Assembly: GCA_036677065.1 (NCBI GenBank)
Contig: JAKFBS010000001.1
Location: 192,001 to 256,000 of the forward strand
Reading direction: 5' to 3'
Length of the DNA stretch: 64,000 nt
Origin: Bdellovibrio sp.
Lineage (GTDB): Bacteria; Bdellovibrionota; Bdellovibrionia; Bdellovibrionales; Bdellovibrionaceae
Notes under the pieces: model-generated
Seen by the model: the letters and a program-made list of their open reading frames with translations, nothing else
Told to the model about the DNA's origin: nothing
Database searches by the model: none
Shown: positions 62,352 to 64,000 of the stretch, piece after piece
Layout of the letters: every line of letters begins with the position of its first letter
Numbering within the stretch: position 1 is the first letter of the stretch
Translations under genes and position numbers: made by a program

Positions 62352-63788
62352 TTATTTCCTCTCAAAAAGTGAGTAACCGTTGTCCTCCATAATAAACGTC
62401 CAATTATGAGACATTTGTAGAACTGTAGCCAGAGATTCAGCCTTTCCGCTCACCACATAATCGATTTGGTGTTGGCTCAGAAACACTTCGCTTGCACCAT
62501 TGATGTTATTCAATGCACTGAGATAACCTCCAAAAATTGAATCTGAATAAATGATATTACGTGTATCAATAAAAATTTGGTTTGGCTGGCTATATATTAA
62601 GAATGAACCTATTAACCAACTATTAAAAACACGTTTGCCGGTATATTGATTTAGATAATCGGCAATAAGAAAAGTAGCGCTATGATCATATTTTTTAGCG
62701 TAGCGACCAGGTAAATTTTTGCGAAAATTTTCGCTGAATGACGAAAACATGAAAAATCCGCCCAAAATCAAAAGGATTGCTATCGTGCGATTTACTAAAA
62801 TTTGCGGAAGGGTCGGCTTCTGAACAAGACCAATAACATTTTTTACATCTGTTAAATTTTTACCCCAAAAAAGCGGTAATACTGCAAACAGCAGCGGCAA
62901 GTTTCGCCCAGCTATGAATGATGAAACAATGAATATAAACAATAATGACGTAAAAAGTGTTTTTAATTTTTTATTACGATAAGCAGTAAAAGCTAATAAA
63001 GACAATGTCACAACAAAAAGCAACATTTCAAAAGAGAATTCCCCTTTTTCAAAAAATGCAGGCGGTTGCCATTCAGACATGCGAATTTTTGAAATAGCTG
63101 CTGTTTGAATAACATAAGAATAAATTTTTATTCCCCACGGGTTAGCCAAAGTTGCTAAAATGCTAAAACAAAAAAAGCTCAGTTGCTTTTTTAAGTGGTT
63201 ATCATTTCGCTCGAAGACTATTTGTAGGCAAATGTGGTAAGCTAATAAGACTAAAAACAGTAAAAACGATCCATGCAAATTAGTCCATAAAACTAAAAAT
63301 GCTAAGGCTTTTATTTTGTTTTTTAAATGCCAATCACTTTCGATCATTTCAAAAGCTATAGGAATCAAAAGTAAAACTAAAAGGGCAGGCCGATCAACGA
63401 TTAACATACTTAACCCGCTGATGCTAATCACGAGAGCTAGCCAATTACTTTTATATAAAAGCTGTGGATAGCGAATTAACCAGAAGGCCACAATAGCTAC
63501 GGGAACAATACGATGTAAAAAGAAAATGATTTCGATAGAAAAATTTGTGTCTAAAAAATAGTAAATTAGACTCGCCAGCCAAGGGTACGGTAAAGCGGTT
63601 GTTGGATTAAAAGAATAAGCGTCATGAATATATAAAGTGCCCTGGCGAAAAATCTGACGACCCTCAGCAATCCAAACTGCCAAATCGACGTAAGAAAAAG
63701 GCATAAGCATGGAAAACAAGAACGTTAGGGCTAAAAAGAATAAAAAATAAAACTTAAATTCTTCTGACTGTAGTTTTGTGTCGAACAT
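62352..63788 (-). CDS. Polytopic membrane protein, GT-C (glycosyltransferase)-like
   Basis: About 11 TM; D..W...G, WTNLHGSF, NPWG, SEW and FIDTR motifs. Confidence 0.55.
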   Translation of the reverse strand: MFDTKLQSEEFKFYFLFFLALTFLFSMLMPFSYVDLAVWIAEGRQIFRQGTLYIHDAYSFNPTTALPYPWLASLIYYFLDTNFSIEIIFFLHRIVPVAIVAFWLIRYPQLLYKSNWLALVISISGLSMLIVDRPALLVLLLIPIAFEMIESDWHLKNKIKALAFLVLWTNLHGSFLLFLVLLAYHICLQIVFERNDNHLKKQLSFFCFSILATLANPWGIKIYSYVIQTAAISKIRMSEWQPPAFFEKGEFSFEMLLFVVTLSLLAFTAYRNKKLKTLFTSLLFIFIVSSFIAGRNLPLLFAVLPLFWGKNLTDVKNVIGLVQKPTLPQILVNRTIAILLILGGFFMFSSFSENFRKNLPGRYAKKYDHSATFLIADYLNQYTGKRVFNSWLIGSFLIYSQPNQIFIDTRNIIYSDSIFGGYLSALNNINGASEVFLSQHQIDYVVSGKAESLATVLQMSHNWTFIMEDNGYSLFERK

Positions 63789-63909
63789 TCATTCAATCAT
63801 AATAATTTTTTTTTAATTAAACACTAAAATAACTACCCAGACCTTGGCCCAGAATACAGAATAGCTCTTACTATGACCTAACATCAGCTTTAACATTGAT
63901 AAATTAACG

Positions 63910-64000
63910 ATGAAAACTTCTATAAATACAGATCTAACTATTAAAGGCGAAAGCGTGCACGTGCAGACCGAAGACTGGGGACACGAGCATAAAAAATTAG
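63910..64000 (+). CDS. Hypothetical protein (5' part only)
   Basis: MKTSINTDLTIKGESVHVQTEDWGHEHKKL, open to the window end. Confidence 0.55.
   Translation, partial: MKTSINTDLTIKGESVHVQTEDWGHEHKKL

Overview
This window is core chromosome of a Bdellovibrionaceae-type predatory bacterium (Bdellovibrio/Pseudobdellovibrio-like). The assignment is inferred from a Bd0055-type histone, the hit/RHS/Tad locus, and many secreted hypothetical proteins. Positions 1-11.9 kb form an accessory-looking stretch: a Tat-lipoprotein GMC oxidoreductase, a hybrid histidine kinase, an EEP-family hydrolase, LOG, OsmC, a PRTase, outer-membrane barrels, a FecR protein and a lysozyme-like protein with a partner, ending at tRNA-Ser(TGA). 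Positions 12-49 kb hold housekeeping genes: serS, murA, prmC, prfA, rpmE, rho, ppx, gatCAB, ligA, murD, tal, dapBAF, lptM, ftsK, queE, fis and dnaB. Positions 50-64 kb hold the hit locus, a YD/RHS protein and a Tad/Flp pilus cluster with an upstream polytopic GT-C-like gene. Highlights: (1) a 65-aa bacterial histone; (2) an unannotated sigma54-driven plus-strand transcript with a 48-aa secreted peptide and a structured 3' RNA exposing two CCCCUCC anti-SD loops; (3) Rho with a Q/N/G-rich prion-like N-terminal region; (4) a Hit homologue; (5) a Flp-like pilin with no leader peptide; (6) a structured fis-dnaB intercistronic RNA. No CRISPR, IS element, integrase or rRNA was seen. Comparisons to B. 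bacteriovorus locus tags are from memory, not from a database search.
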